Shown in pieces: positions 19,902 through 29,334 of a DNA stretch of 46,022 nucleotides. The stretch covers positions 1 to 46,022 of the forward strand of contig CAZKQI010000001.1 in NCBI GenBank assembly GCA_964554855.1, given 5' to 3'. Every line of letters starts with the position of its first letter. The first letter of the stretch is position 1. The notes under the pieces are model-generated. The model made no database searches. It was not told the origin of the DNA and worked only from the letters and a program-made list of their open reading frames with translations. A program made the translations under genes and the position numbers. This DNA is from an uncultured archaeon. Its GTDB lineage: Archaea > Halobacteriota > Archaeoglobi > Archaeoglobales > Archaeoglobaceae.

Positions 19902-20501
19902 TTAAGTCCTTTTTCTCAATATAGATATGAGATCACTCCTTCCTATTTCCATAAATCTTTTCTTTATGGCATCTCTCAAATTCTCAACTTTTCCCTTCTT
20001 CGCTGAAATTGGAAATACAACATGATTCCATTTCTTCCAAGGCGGAGTCATCCCAAGCTTTAAAACTATTTCATCCAAAACTTCATCCCAATTTTCAACC
20101 TTATCCATCTTGTTTACAGCTAAGAACACCTTTGAACAAACCTCATTTAAAAATTCAAACATCTCAACCTCAATAGGAATGTATCCTCTTCTCTCCCATC
20201 TCTCAGCTATCTCCAAAAAAGATTTTCCATCTATAACCTGAATTGCTAAAACTATTCTTTCTGCATTCTCCTCAATGTATCTAACTACAAAATCCTTAAC
20301 TCTCTCATTGAAATCCCTATCAACTCCAGAAATAAAACCGAATCCTGGCAAATCTGTAATTATTAAGTCCCTATATCTTACTTGATTTGGTTTTATTGTA
20401 GTTCCCGGTCTCTTCCCCCTCCTAACCTTAACACCAAATAGAGCAGAGAATAGAGTTGATTTACCTACATTTGATCTTCCAGCAAAGATTATCTCTATCA
20501 T
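19902..20501 (-). CDS. engB: EngB/YihA-family GTPase
   Basis: GRSNVGKS, RPGTT, DLPGFG, NKMD, SAK. Confidence 0.93.
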   Translation of the reverse strand: MIEIIFAGRSNVGKSTLFSALFGVKVRRGKRPGTTIKPNQVRYRDLIITDLPGFGFISGVDRDFNERVKDFVVRYIEENAERIVLAIQVIDGKSFLEIAERWERRGYIPIEVEMFEFLNEVCSKVFLAVNKMDKVENWDEVLDEIVLKLGMTPPWKKWNHVVFPISAKKGKVENLRDAIKKRFMEIGRSDLISILRKRT

Positions 20502-20677
20502 TTAGGCCAGAGACCATAATAGGCATTTAGAATTATACAAAGTAAACCTATAACAAGACCAAATACCAATACACTCTTGGGACTTACCTTTATTTGGGCT
20601 TTCTCTTCCTCAAAATATCTCATTATACCAGCTGATGACATCAGTGGAGGTGTTTTCACCTTCTCTCTCTTTGCCAT
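20498..20677 (-). CDS. secG: Preprotein translocase subunit Sec61beta
   Basis: LMSSAGIMRYFEEE...KVSP followed by one transmembrane helix. Confidence 0.92.
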   Translation of the reverse strand: MAKREKVKTPPLMSSAGIMRYFEEEKAQIKVSPKSVLVFGLVIGLLCIILNAYYGLWPK

Positions 20678-20707
20678 ATCTTCAATTCCCTCAAACAATA
20701 TTTAATA

Positions 20708-21250
20708 TTATCGTCTCTTCGATTCCTTGTAAATTAGGGCTGAAGCAACAAGATGAGCTATTCTCAAGGGTTCAGGTGTCTTTCCCTTCCTAATAGTAAG
20801 ATCCAAAATCTTTAATACAAAATCTTCATCACAACCCTTAATTTGAACGTAAACACCATTAACATTCCTGACATCACCAGCCTTCCTTATCAAATTTATT
20901 CTATCTTCAAAGTCATCAAAATTTTTCAGTGCTCTCTCAATTTTCTTCATATTTGGATATCTTTCCAGAACTACAACAATTGGAATTTGCAACTTATTGT
21001 AAATGTAATCAACATCCGCTATGTTGAAACCGGCAAAGGTTAGACCACTTAGCAAAATACATTTTATCTGTTCCTTAAACCTCGATTTTGAAACAAGTTT
21101 TACAATCTTTTCACTCACATCTCTTCCATCCACATTTATTCTGTCTATCAGAAACCCTTCAACATAATCTTTGCATGTAATACAACCAACTAGATAAGCA
21201 ACATTATCTTTAAAACTATCATCGAATCCAACAACCCTCCAGAGTTTCAC
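20708..21250 (-). CDS. DUF99/UPF0215 endonuclease V-like protein
   Basis: VGFDDS, VDGRD, GLTFAGFN, PEPLRIAHLVA; GTG start at 21250 overlaps the azlD stop. Confidence 0.85.
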   Translation of the reverse strand: MKLWRVVGFDDSFKDNVAYLVGCITCKDYVEGFLIDRINVDGRDVSEKIVKLVSKSRFKEQIKCILLSGLTFAGFNIADVDYIYNKLQIPIVVVLERYPNMKKIERALKNFDDFEDRINLIRKAGDVRNVNGVYVQIKGCDEDFVLKILDLTIRKGKTPEPLRIAHLVASALIYKESKRR

Positions 21251-21567
21251 AATGTAAATTTGAATGCTAGGCTTATAAAGAAATATGCTATCACTCCAGA
21301 AATCACCGATAAACCTAAATTTTTCCACCTAACAAATGTTAAGAAAACTGCTATTAGAGAAAATATACCAATTGGTATATCTTTCAATTCTCCCTGATTT
21401 ATGAAGGAGATTATAAAGAGGGAAGAGATTATAGCTGTAGATGAGCTTGAGAGAAAATTTCCCCATTTTTCGAAATCAATCCTTTCCTTCAATAGAATTG
21501 GCATAAGTCTTGTTAGATATGTTGCAATTGCAACAATCAGTATTACTATAATTTCCAAGACAACCAC
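21247..21567 (-). CDS. azlD: AzlD-family membrane protein
   Basis: TYLTRLMP motif, small hydrophobic protein downstream of azlC. Confidence 0.8.
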   Translation of the reverse strand: MVVLEIIVILIVAIATYLTRLMPILLKERIDFEKWGNFLSSSSTAIISSLFIISFINQGELKDIPIGIFSLIAVFLTFVRWKNLGLSVISGVIAYFFISLAFKFTL

Positions 21568-22172
21568 CTCACAATTAATGGTGTAATTATGCCAGAGAGG
21601 AGTATGCTAAGGGATGAATAGCCAAGTGCACCTAAAGTTAGAGCTATGAAAGCACCTATGAAAGTTGATGCCCAGTCCTTACTGGATAACAACAATACAA
21701 AGAAGAGGGCGGGAAATGCAAATACCAAAGATCTGTAGAGAAATTCATTCGAAATTATAAATGATCCTCCCAATACACCTACAACAGTCCCAGAAACCCA
21801 TGCAATGTATGCTATTAATGCAAGCCCCCAAACGAATTTTTCATCTTTACCTTTGAATGAAAGTGCAAATACCTCATCTGTCAAACCGAAAGATGTTAAA
21901 AATGGTCTTCTAATTTCAATTCTCTTTGAAATTATACAACCATAGATCAAATGCCTTAGATTAAGAAGTATGGGAATTATTGTTGCATTGATTGGTAATT
22001 TTATAAGTGTTACTAAAGCAAATTGTGCAGAACCAGCAAAGATTAACATAGAAGCTAATACAGTATTAATTTCATTCATTCCCATTGCTAAAGCTGTTAA
22101 TCCAAAAGTTACAGCAACTGGAAAGTATCCCAAAGCTATTGGAATTCCATATATAACTCCTTTTCTAATCAT
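21546..22172 (-). CDS. azlC: AzlC-family amino-acid exporter subunit
   Basis: PIALGY, FAGSAQF, LNLRH, LTDEVFA. Confidence 0.9.
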   Translation of the reverse strand: MIRKGVIYGIPIALGYFPVAVTFGLTALAMGMNEINTVLASMLIFAGSAQFALVTLIKLPINATIIPILLNLRHLIYGCIISKRIEIRRPFLTSFGLTDEVFALSFKGKDEKFVWGLALIAYIAWVSGTVVGVLGGSFIISNEFLYRSLVFAFPALFFVLLLSSKDWASTFIGAFIALTLGALGYSSLSILLSGIITPLIVRWLSWKL

Positions 22173-22339
22173 TTTATCTTTATGGCATCGTTTGGGCAAA
22201 CTTCAACACACAATCCACAATCATCGCATATATCATTATCTACATGTGCCACATCGTTCAACTCTATAGCACCAGTTGGACATTCTTCAATGCATTCCCC
22301 GCATCCATCACATGCATCCTCATCTATTACAGCTGGCAT
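22169..22339 (-). CDS. 2[4Fe-4S] ferredoxin, 56 aa (not in the ORF track)
   Basis: Translated by hand: [56 protein letters not shown]; two CxxCxxCxxxCP motifs; ATGA overlap with azlC. Confidence 0.95.
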   Translation of the reverse strand: MPAVIDEDACDGCGECIEECPTGAIELNDVAHVDNDICDDCGLCVEVCPNDAIKIK

Positions 22340-22413
22340 ACCTCGATTTTACACAAATTAAATTTAACATTTGTTAAACTAAAGCATAAATACATTCAGG
22401 ATTAGATCTTTTC

Positions 22414-23439
22414 ATGCCCGCCACTATTGTTGTAGGAGGATTTTGGGGGGACGAGGGAAAAGGGAAGATAATATCATACATTGCCTACAAAGACAAACCT
22501 AAGATAATAGCGAGAGGTGGAGTTGGACCAAATGCTGGGCATACAGTTGAATTAGGTGGTAAGAAGTTCGGTGTAAGAATGCTACCCTCAGGTTTTGTAT
22601 ATAGAGATGCAAGATTGTTGATAGGTGCTGGAGTTTTGGTAGATCCTCGCGTATTTTTGAATGAACTTGAAGTTTTGGATAGAGATTTTAATGTTAAGAA
22701 TAGAGTTGGAATAGATTACAGATGCGCCATAATTGAAGAAAAGCATGTAATGGAAGATAAAGGAGATGATCACCTTAGAAAAAAAATAGGAACTACTGGA
22801 ACTGGATGTGGTCCAGCAAATGTGGATAGGGTTAGGAGAAAAGCTAAACAAGCCAAAGATATTTCAGAGCTAAAGGATTTTCTGGCCGATGTTCCATTGG
22901 AGATAAATTCTGCTTTGGATGAAGACAATTTCGTACTGATAGAGGGAACACAGGGATTTGGATTGAGTCTATATTATGGAACCTATCCATACGTAACTTC
23001 AAAAGATACAACTGCATCATCGATAGCTGCTGATGTTGGTATAGGCCCTACTAGAATTGATGATGTAGTAATTGTATTCAAAAGTTTTCCGACAAGAGTT
23101 GGAAGTGGCCCTTTCCCTACGGAAATTCCGCAAGAAGAAGCTGAAAAAATGGGAATTGTTGAATATGGGACTGTGACTGGGAGGAGGAGAAGAATTGGAC
23201 TTTGGGATGGAAAGATGGCTAGGTATGCTGCAATGATAAATGGAGCAACTCAAGTGGCAATAACGGGTATAGATAAATTGGATAGAGAGTGTTATGGAGT
23301 TACTGAGTGGGAGAAGTTAACTCCGAAGGCTAAGGAATTTATAGAGAGGGTTGAAGATGATGTTAAAGTACCTGTAACCCTAATATCAACTGGCCCAGAA
23401 ATGCATCAGATCATAGATTTGAGAAAAGAGAAGATCTAA
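22414..23439 (+). CDS. purA: Adenylosuccinate synthetase (short archaeal type)
   Basis: [37 protein letters not shown]. Confidence 0.97.
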   Translation: MPATIVVGGFWGDEGKGKIISYIAYKDKPKIIARGGVGPNAGHTVELGGKKFGVRMLPSGFVYRDARLLIGAGVLVDPRVFLNELEVLDRDFNVKNRVGIDYRCAIIEEKHVMEDKGDDHLRKKIGTTGTGCGPANVDRVRRKAKQAKDISELKDFLADVPLEINSALDEDNFVLIEGTQGFGLSLYYGTYPYVTSKDTTASSIAADVGIGPTRIDDVVIVFKSFPTRVGSGPFPTEIPQEEAEKMGIVEYGTVTGRRRRIGLWDGKMARYAAMINGATQVAITGIDKLDRECYGVTEWEKLTPKAKEFIERVEDDVKVPVTLISTGPEMHQIIDLRKEKI

Positions 23440-23440
23440 T

Positions 23441-24220
23441 TTACTTTTTCTTCTTAAAAATTTTTTTAAATTTGTCAAAAAATCTACCTTCTTCAACCTT
23501 CAATTCTTCAAGTGCACTCAAAAATTCCCTAATTTCTTCTTCATCTGGAGGCTTAATATCGTACTTCTTGATAATTTCACTCTTATCAAGCGTAAGTTCA
23601 ACCTTAATATTTTCATCTACATTCACATCGTTCAACTCTTTCATTACAACTTTTGCTGGAAAATCGAGATAATAGAGTGCAGAAGCTCCTCCAAATTCTT
23701 CTCCATTTAAACTAACTTTTGCACCCACTATCTTTCCATCCTTAACATATATAGTAGCTGTTCTATCCTCCCCCATACCTTTAACAATACCTGAAAAATC
23801 TTTTATATTTAAAATAAAATCCTCAAAATTACGAGTTTCTATTACCTTCTCAATTTCTTCTTTCTCTTCCTTCTTCACCTCCTCTTCCACTTCCTCCTTT
23901 TCTACTTCAACACGATAAGATTCATCGTTCATGGAATATATCGATTGTAAACCTCTTGGATCAACCGAATAAACCTCTATAACAGCATAATCAATATTAG
24001 AAATTATTTCAAAAGCATCTTTACCCTTTACGGACTTCTTAGACCTTATGAATTCCAACTCGCCCATTACAACTCTTCCATTTTCAACAACAAGATATCC
24101 CAGATATATATCATTCGAATCTTTCCAAGAAATTTTTAGATATCCTTTACTAACTCTATCAACATATTCCAAAGGCTTTCCCCTGTAAATTCCTATAAAT
24201 TCCCCCTTTGGCAGTATCAT
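23441..24220 (-). CDS. DUF2226-family protein (two repeated domains, acidic linker, amphipathic basic C-terminus)
   Basis: MILPKG start; a G.l.......g.i.v..G.iv pattern occurs twice; IKPPDEEEI near the C-terminus. Confidence 0.7.
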   Translation of the reverse strand: MILPKGEFIGIYRGKPLEYVDRVSKGYLKISWKDSNDIYLGYLVVENGRVVMGELEFIRSKKSVKGKDAFEIISNIDYAVIEVYSVDPRGLQSIYSMNDESYRVEVEKEEVEEEVKKEEKEEIEKVIETRNFEDFILNIKDFSGIVKGMGEDRTATIYVKDGKIVGAKVSLNGEEFGGASALYYLDFPAKVVMKELNDVNVDENIKVELTLDKSEIIKKYDIKPPDEEEIREFLSALEELKVEEGRFFDKFKKIFKKKK

Positions 24221-24567
24221 AGGCTTGAGGCAATCTTCTCTGCTGCTCTTCTCATTTCAATTCTTATTAAACCTAAGTTAACCCTTGGTTCAGTAATTAC
24301 GCTGAGCATTGCATTTTCTCCAGCATCTATCAGCAAAATTTTACCTTTCTCTCCCTCTACCATGACCATGTCACTCTTACCACCTAACAATCTCTCCATA
24401 GTTGTTGAACCTGAACCGTAGGCTGCTGCAATCATCGCAGCTACCAATTCCGCATCTATACTTCTATCAGCACTTTCAAACTCTATGACCAATCCATCCT
24501 TTCCAACTATTGCAACTCCCCTAACTCCATCAATTCTTAACAGATCCGCAATTATATTTTCAAACAT
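24217..24567 (-). CDS. Roadblock/LC7 (MglB-like) protein
   Basis: IDGVRGVAIVGKDGLVI, AAMIAA, VEGEKGKILL, VNLGLIRIEM. Confidence 0.93.
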   Translation of the reverse strand: MFENIIADLLRIDGVRGVAIVGKDGLVIEFESADRSIDAELVAAMIAAAYGSGSTTMERLLGGKSDMVMVEGEKGKILLIDAGENAMLSVITEPRVNLGLIRIEMRRAAEKIASSL

Positions 24568-24578
24568 ACAACATCACC

Positions 24579-24767
24579 TCATATCTCTTCTTTCAACCTC
24601 TCCAATCTCCTCCTAATCTGACTCAACTCCTCCTCAGTAATTTCAACTCTTTCATTAACTTCTTTAAGCTTTTTACTTAAAGATCTTACCTTATATCCAA
24701 GTATGCCATTCAAGAGTAGACTTACTCCAAGAAGACCGTAAACGATTGTTTGAGCGTCCAAGCTCAA
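24579..24767 (-). CDS. Small single-TM coiled-coil protein
   Basis: N-terminal hydrophobic helix then a heptad-rich charged tail; GGAGGTGA SD overlapping the minD stop. Start may be TTG 24761. Confidence 0.75.
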   Translation of the reverse strand: MSLDAQTIVYGLLGVSLLLNGILGYKVRSLSKKLKEVNERVEITEEELSQIRRRLERLKEEI

Positions 24768-25538
24768 TCACCTCCTTCTGAATATACTCAACAGTCTTCT
24801 AAAGCCTTTACCCTTCTCCTCAACCTTTACCTCCACACCAGCAATTTTACCTGCCAACTCCAACATTGCTCTAGATGCTGGACATTTGGGATTTCTTATG
24901 ACAACTGGTTGCCCAAAAGCTGCAGCTTTTCTAACCTCTGAATCTTCTGGAATAACTGCCAAGACTTTTCCTTCTAAAATTGCTTCTATCTCCTTTTTTG
25001 CGATCTCGACGCTGAGCTTCGTAACCCTATTTACAACTATGCCAAGCATTTTTGCTCCTAACCTTTCAGCGATGTATTTTGTTTTTAATGCATCAGTTAT
25101 GGATGCAATTTCTGGATTTACAACAAGTAAAAATTCATCAGATGCAGCTAAAGCAACTATAGCACTCTTTTCAAGTCCAGCAGGAGCATCAAGTATTATA
25201 AAATCGGCCATATCCAAGAGAGTTGTAAGAACATCTTCAAGTTTATCCGGATTTGCCTTTCTCAAACCCTCCAAAGATATACCAGCGGGGATTATCTTAA
25301 CTCCCCCAGGACCTTCATAAATTGCCTCAGAAATATCTGCTTCCCCAGCCAACACATTTTGAAGTGTTACGGGTAAACCCTCCATACCGAGTATTAACTC
25401 CAGATTAGCCAAAGTTATGTCTGCATCCATAACAATAGTCTCTCTTCCCATCTTAGCTAGGGCAACTCCTAAATTTGCAGATATCGTTGTTTTTCCAGTC
25501 CCACCCTTACCACTTGCAACGCAGATAACTCTAGCCAA
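24768..25538 (-). CDS. minD: MinD-family ATPase
   Basis: [10 protein letters not shown] deviant Walker [16 protein letters not shown]-terminal amphipathic [12 protein letters not shown]. Confidence 0.95.
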   Translation of the reverse strand: MARVICVASGKGGTGKTTISANLGVALAKMGRETIVMDADITLANLELILGMEGLPVTLQNVLAGEADISEAIYEGPGGVKIIPAGISLEGLRKANPDKLEDVLTTLLDMADFIILDAPAGLEKSAIVALAASDEFLLVVNPEIASITDALKTKYIAERLGAKMLGIVVNRVTKLSVEIAKKEIEAILEGKVLAVIPEDSEVRKAAAFGQPVVIRNPKCPASRAMLELAGKIAGVEVKVEEKGKGFRRLLSIFRRR

Positions 25539-25542
25539 ATAA

Positions 25543-26130
25543 TCACCTCCTAATTATTGCAACGTAAGCTCCAACAACAAATGCAAGTATAAATATCAGT
25601 GCCAGCTTTGAATAGTAGTAGAGCTTTTGGAGAGAATTCAATGCAGATTCCAACGAATTTTTGTCTAATTCAAGCTCACTTACTCTATTTTCGAGATAAG
25701 ATAATCTATCCTTAAGTTCATTTATTGTCTTCTCCAAATTGGATTTCTCTTTCTCAAGCATAGCTGTAAGATTGATATATTCATTCAATTTGGTCATTAA
25801 GTTTTCATTTTCCTTTTTTAACTTATTTCTTTCAATTTCAAGCTTTATTGTTGAATTTAGAAGATAATCGTATGTAGGCTTAAGAACTGTAAAATTGTAA
25901 GACGTATTGTCTGCAATTATTGTGTAATTTCCTTCCTTACATGAGTAAGAAACGCAAATTGTATAATTTCCACTTGTAGCATTTATACAGTTTTTATTGA
26001 AATTGCAAAAGTACGTACAGTTATCCAATAACTTCAAGGTTCCTTCCCCCTGAACATAAATTTCAACAGTTTCACCGGGATATGTTGTGTTATTGAGTAA
26101 TACTAAAGTAAGAAGTATTAAATTTATCAA
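25543..26130 (-). CDS. Exported protein with N-glycosylation sequons, long coiled coil and C-terminal TM anchor
   Basis: Hydrophobic N-terminus, about ten N-x-S/T sequons, heptad repeats, [20 protein letters not shown]. Confidence 0.8.
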   Translation of the reverse strand: MINLILLTLVLLNNTTYPGETVEIYVQGEGTLKLLDNCTYFCNFNKNCINATSGNYTICVSYSCKEGNYTIIADNTSYNFTVLKPTYDYLLNSTIKLEIERNKLKKENENLMTKLNEYINLTAMLEKEKSNLEKTINELKDRLSYLENRVSELELDKNSLESALNSLQKLYYYSKLALIFILAFVVGAYVAIIRR

Positions 26131-26648
26131 GATCTCACCTCCATGAACTCTTTAATCTCCTCTCTAATTTTTTCAATCTCTACAAAAGGAATGTCCCTAG
26201 TACTTTGAATTGTACAAATCACATCAGGTGTAACCTCAAATATACTCATCTTGTACGCCTTACCACCAATTGTTATCTCCTTTGATTTCAGAATATTCTT
26301 ACCAACATCCTTCAAAATTTCTGGAGCCAATGCTGAAATTTCTTCGGGATCATCTAAGGTTGAGGCTATCGGTAATCCTTCATATGTCGATAGGGTAACC
26401 TCAGATAGCATGAATTTATCTCTTAGAAATTTGACAAGATCTGCAAAATCTTTAGGTTCTTTAATTTCATTAACGATACTCTTCTCAGTCTTAATAACCT
26501 CTCTGCTTTTGGAAATTGCTTCAAAACTTAAACTCTCAGTTTTTTCTCTTCTCTTTAATAATCTAGTAATGTAGTAACCACTTACAATTCCTACAAGTGC
26601 CGAAATTATTAAATTTATATCAGTATACATAAAAATATCGGTATACAT
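26127..26648 (-). CDS. Membrane-anchored Roadblock-like protein
   Basis: N-terminal TM; LSEVTLSTYEGLPIAST...EISALA resembles the Roadblock 'v...dGl.ias' motif. Confidence 0.6.
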   Translation of the reverse strand: MYTDIFMYTDINLIISALVGIVSGYYITRLLKRREKTESLSFEAISKSREVIKTEKSIVNEIKEPKDFADLVKFLRDKFMLSEVTLSTYEGLPIASTLDDPEEISALAPEILKDVGKNILKSKEITIGGKAYKMSIFEVTPDVICTIQSTRDIPFVEIEKIREEIKEFMEVRS

Positions 26649-26652
26649 AAAA
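26617..26652. repeat. 18-bp tandem duplication ATATC(A/G)GTATACATAAAA at a gene start
   Basis: Units 26617-26634 and 26635-26652 differ at one base and give MYTDIF-MYTDIN. Confidence 0.85.
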
Positions 26653-26973
26653 TCACCTCATCTTTTTCATAAATTCTTCAATATTCATGTTCTCTATTTT
26701 CTTTGCAAGATCGAAAATTTCATCAACTTTTTCAAGTTTTATTTTCATTTCCAATCTCCTTATTAAATTCTTATCCAATTTTATAGCACCAATATTTTTT
26801 TTATCTACTAAAACGGTTATACTGCCCTCTTCAAACTTTTTGAAGTATACGGCCTTTTCTCCCATATATACTATGGCTTCATTGAATTTACTTTCAAGAG
26901 TGTTGGCAATTTCTTTCAAATCTTCACTGCCATAGTATTCTCCATCTGATTTTATCAAATATTTCTCTATCAT
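26653..26973 (-). CDS. Hypothetical protein (possible degenerate Roadblock/profilin-like fold)
   Basis: ATGA overlap upstream and SD-embedded stop; beta-rich core ending ITVLVDKKNIGAIK. Confidence 0.65.
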   Translation of the reverse strand: MIEKYLIKSDGEYYGSEDLKEIANTLESKFNEAIVYMGEKAVYFKKFEEGSITVLVDKKNIGAIKLDKNLIRRLEMKIKLEKVDEIFDLAKKIENMNIEEFMKKMR

Positions 26974-27260
26974 AACAACTCCTCCAAAGATCTTTTCAAT
27001 CTATAATATATAACTCCCGCTCTATCATCTCCCAAAGCAATTACAAAACACTTCCCATGCTTGACTACAACATATTTCTTATCATTCTTTGTAAATATAC
27101 CTCCCTCAAATTCAATTACTCTACTCAACTCTTTGACATCACCAAATATCTCAATAATATCTTCCCTTTCTTTTTCACTCAGACCATAACATGAAGTATC
27201 ATTGCAGATCAGACAGATTTTTATTCTGTATCTATCGTAAATTTTCTTAAGATCTTTCAT
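26970..27260 (-). CDS. Hypothetical protein (possible Roadblock/profilin-like fold)
   Basis: Overlaps both neighbours; GGIFTKNDKKYVVVKHGKCFVIALGDDRAGVIYYRLKR resembles a Roadblock C-terminal half. Confidence 0.65.
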   Translation of the reverse strand: MKDLKKIYDRYRIKICLICNDTSCYGLSEKEREDIIEIFGDVKELSRVIEFEGGIFTKNDKKYVVVKHGKCFVIALGDDRAGVIYYRLKRSLEELL

Positions 27261-27894
27261 CCAAAAACCTTGAAATATGTTCAGGTAAACCCTCTTTTAA
27301 CTCTCTGAATTCTTTAAGTGCTCTCTCAACATCTATACCATTTATGTATGGCAAATCAAACCAGTTTTTGGGAACGAGATATATATCAAATAATCCGAGC
27401 TCGTAAAGCTTCCCCATAATTTCTGCATTCCTCTCTTCAACCTTAAGTGGTTTGCCACTTAAAGCAACCTTAACATCTTCACTGAGATCCCACTCCTCTT
27501 GCAAGAATTCCTCTATTTTTTTAGCAATCTCCTCCTTATCTCTTGCCTTTATCTCAACACCAGAAACTTTGTATGTCACTTCCAAAAATCCTTCACCTTT
27601 CAACCTCTCAATTAACTCATCTGGAACATTCATTTTCGTATAGAGTTTTATTAGATCTTCTTTGTCAGTTTTCCTTATAGCTCTGGCAATTTTCACCCTT
27701 CCAAAAAGATTTAAAGCCTTTTCTCGAACATCTGCATCCCTAGCCCCAACTGCTATGGCAAATGTGAGTCTTTCAAGCTTCTTGAGAATTTCATCCTCAA
27801 GGTCTGTTCCGTATCTTTCTTTTAAATCTATCAAATCAACACCTTTTGTAATTTCTTTTATATCCTCAAGCTTTTTCTTCTTTCGAAACAACAT
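27247..27894 (-). CDS. Hypothetical soluble, charged, mostly helical protein
   Basis: AAGGTGA SD straddles the hydrogenase stop; ATG at 27894; overlaps the next gene. Confidence 0.75.
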   Translation of the reverse strand: MLFRKKKKLEDIKEITKGVDLIDLKERYGTDLEDEILKKLERLTFAIAVGARDADVREKALNLFGRVKIARAIRKTDKEDLIKLYTKMNVPDELIERLKGEGFLEVTYKVSGVEIKARDKEEIAKKIEEFLQEEWDLSEDVKVALSGKPLKVEERNAEIMGKLYELGLFDIYLVPKNWFDLPYINGIDVERALKEFRELKEGLPEHISRFLDERS

Positions 27895-27904
27895 ACTAAT
27901 CACC

Positions 27905-29077
27905 TTAATGTGTGGAACAACTTAAGCATGGATCGTATGCTCTAACAACTAATTCAAAATTGTTATTCCCTTTCTTATACATTGCGGTCAGATCATGATT
28001 TATTGCCGTATTGTTTATTGTTGTTGGAACTATAAGATTTGCTTTGACAAGCAAACCTCTATCATCAAACTTGTAATGATGAATGAGTGTTCCACGTGGT
28101 GCCTCAACAACTCCAACACCCTCACCAGCTTTAGGTTTTACCTCTTGTCTTATATTACCACTCCTGACATTTTCCATTATCTCTATTGCCTTCTCAATGG
28201 AATATATAATTTCCACAAGCCTTGCGTAGTTATAAAGAAGGGTTTCATGCTTTACATCATTAAAAATTTCAGCTAATCCTTTTGCGACATCTGTGTCTAC
28301 TTTTGTTAGATTCAATCTTGCCAATGGCCCAACTCTACAAGCTTTCCCTTTCAGATAGGGGAACTTTGCAAAGCTGAATTCCTCAACCCTTTCCTCCAAA
28401 TATTTGGGATATTCATCGAACTTAAACTCAAAAAATTCACCATCATAACCAATCAAACTCTCTCCATAGAAATCTATGATTCCCTTTGAATTCAGAGAGA
28501 GATAGGCAGTTTCGTTTAAAACTTCTCCCTCCTTTAACATTTCGAACTTATCTATATTTTCATTTAACTTATTCAAGAGAGATCTAAGCTCTTTTGAATA
28601 ATCTTTATCCAGATCTCTTGCAACTCCTCCAACAATGACCTCAGGATGAATTGGTCTTACGGCAATTCTACTCACTATTTCATTAGCTATCCTCCTAAGT
28701 TCAACTCCCAAATGTATCAAATCTTTAGGTAAACCGAGAAAGCTGTCAGACTTAAAATAGTCTGGAAGGGCTAGGAAAAATAAGTGTAAGGCATGAGACT
28801 GTATTGTTTGAGCAAGCAGTAAAATTCTTCTGAGGTCTTCAACTCTCTCCGAAACATCTAAACCAAAGGCACTCTCAACTGCTCTTGCACTTGCTACAGC
28901 ATGAGCAACGGGACAGATACCACAAATTCTTGCAGTTAAAACTGGTAGGTATTCAAAACTCCTGCCTTCCAGAAACTTCTCAAAACCCCTAAACTCCAAA
29001 ACTTTGAAATATACTCTATTGTCTTTTACTTCTATTGCAGCATTACCTTCAATTCTCGTTACAGGTTCAATTATCAT
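27905..29077 (-). CDS. [NiFe]-hydrogenase large subunit, group 3 (MvhA-like), with no C-terminal extension
   Basis: EPVTRIEGN, RGFEKFLEGR, RICGIC, EAPRGTLIHHY, and DPCLSCSTH immediately followed by TAA. Confidence 0.93.
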   Translation of the reverse strand: MIIEPVTRIEGNAAIEVKDNRVYFKVLEFRGFEKFLEGRSFEYLPVLTARICGICPVAHAVASARAVESAFGLDVSERVEDLRRILLLAQTIQSHALHLFFLALPDYFKSDSFLGLPKDLIHLGVELRRIANEIVSRIAVRPIHPEVIVGGVARDLDKDYSKELRSLLNKLNENIDKFEMLKEGEVLNETAYLSLNSKGIIDFYGESLIGYDGEFFEFKFDEYPKYLEERVEEFSFAKFPYLKGKACRVGPLARLNLTKVDTDVAKGLAEIFNDVKHETLLYNYARLVEIIYSIEKAIEIMENVRSGNIRQEVKPKAGEGVGVVEAPRGTLIHHYKFDDRGLLVKANLIVPTTINNTAINHDLTAMYKKGNNNFELVVRAYDPCLSCSTH

Positions 29078-29088
29078 TTGAAAACACC

Positions 29089-29334
29089 TCACACAAATTT
29101 CTTAACCTTTTCTTCAAGGTAAACATTTCTAACAATCTTCTCCTCTATATGTATACCTCTATGATATATAGCATCGGCTCTGCAAACGTAAGAGCAACTC
29201 AGACAACCTATGCATTTCTCAGGCTTTTCTACAAATGGCTTATCATCTTTATTAACTATTACCTCAGTAGGACATACATCAACGCACTCCAAGCATTTTA
29301 CACATCTATCTTCATCAATTATAACTTCGATCAA
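29089..29334 (-). CDS. 2[4Fe-4S] ferredoxin-like subunit
   Basis: CVKCLECVDVCP and CIGCLSCSYVCR; lies between the small and large subunit genes. Confidence 0.92.
   Translation of the reverse strand: MIEVIIDEDRCVKCLECVDVCPTEVIVNKDDKPFVEKPEKCIGCLSCSYVCRADAIYHRGIHIEEKIVRNVYLEEKVKKFV

Noticed and set aside
27905-27935. Possible selenocysteine or split (VhuU-type) hydrogenase C-terminus
   Set aside because: Both L2 cysteines use TGC/TGT and the stop is TAA, so there is no UGA recoding.
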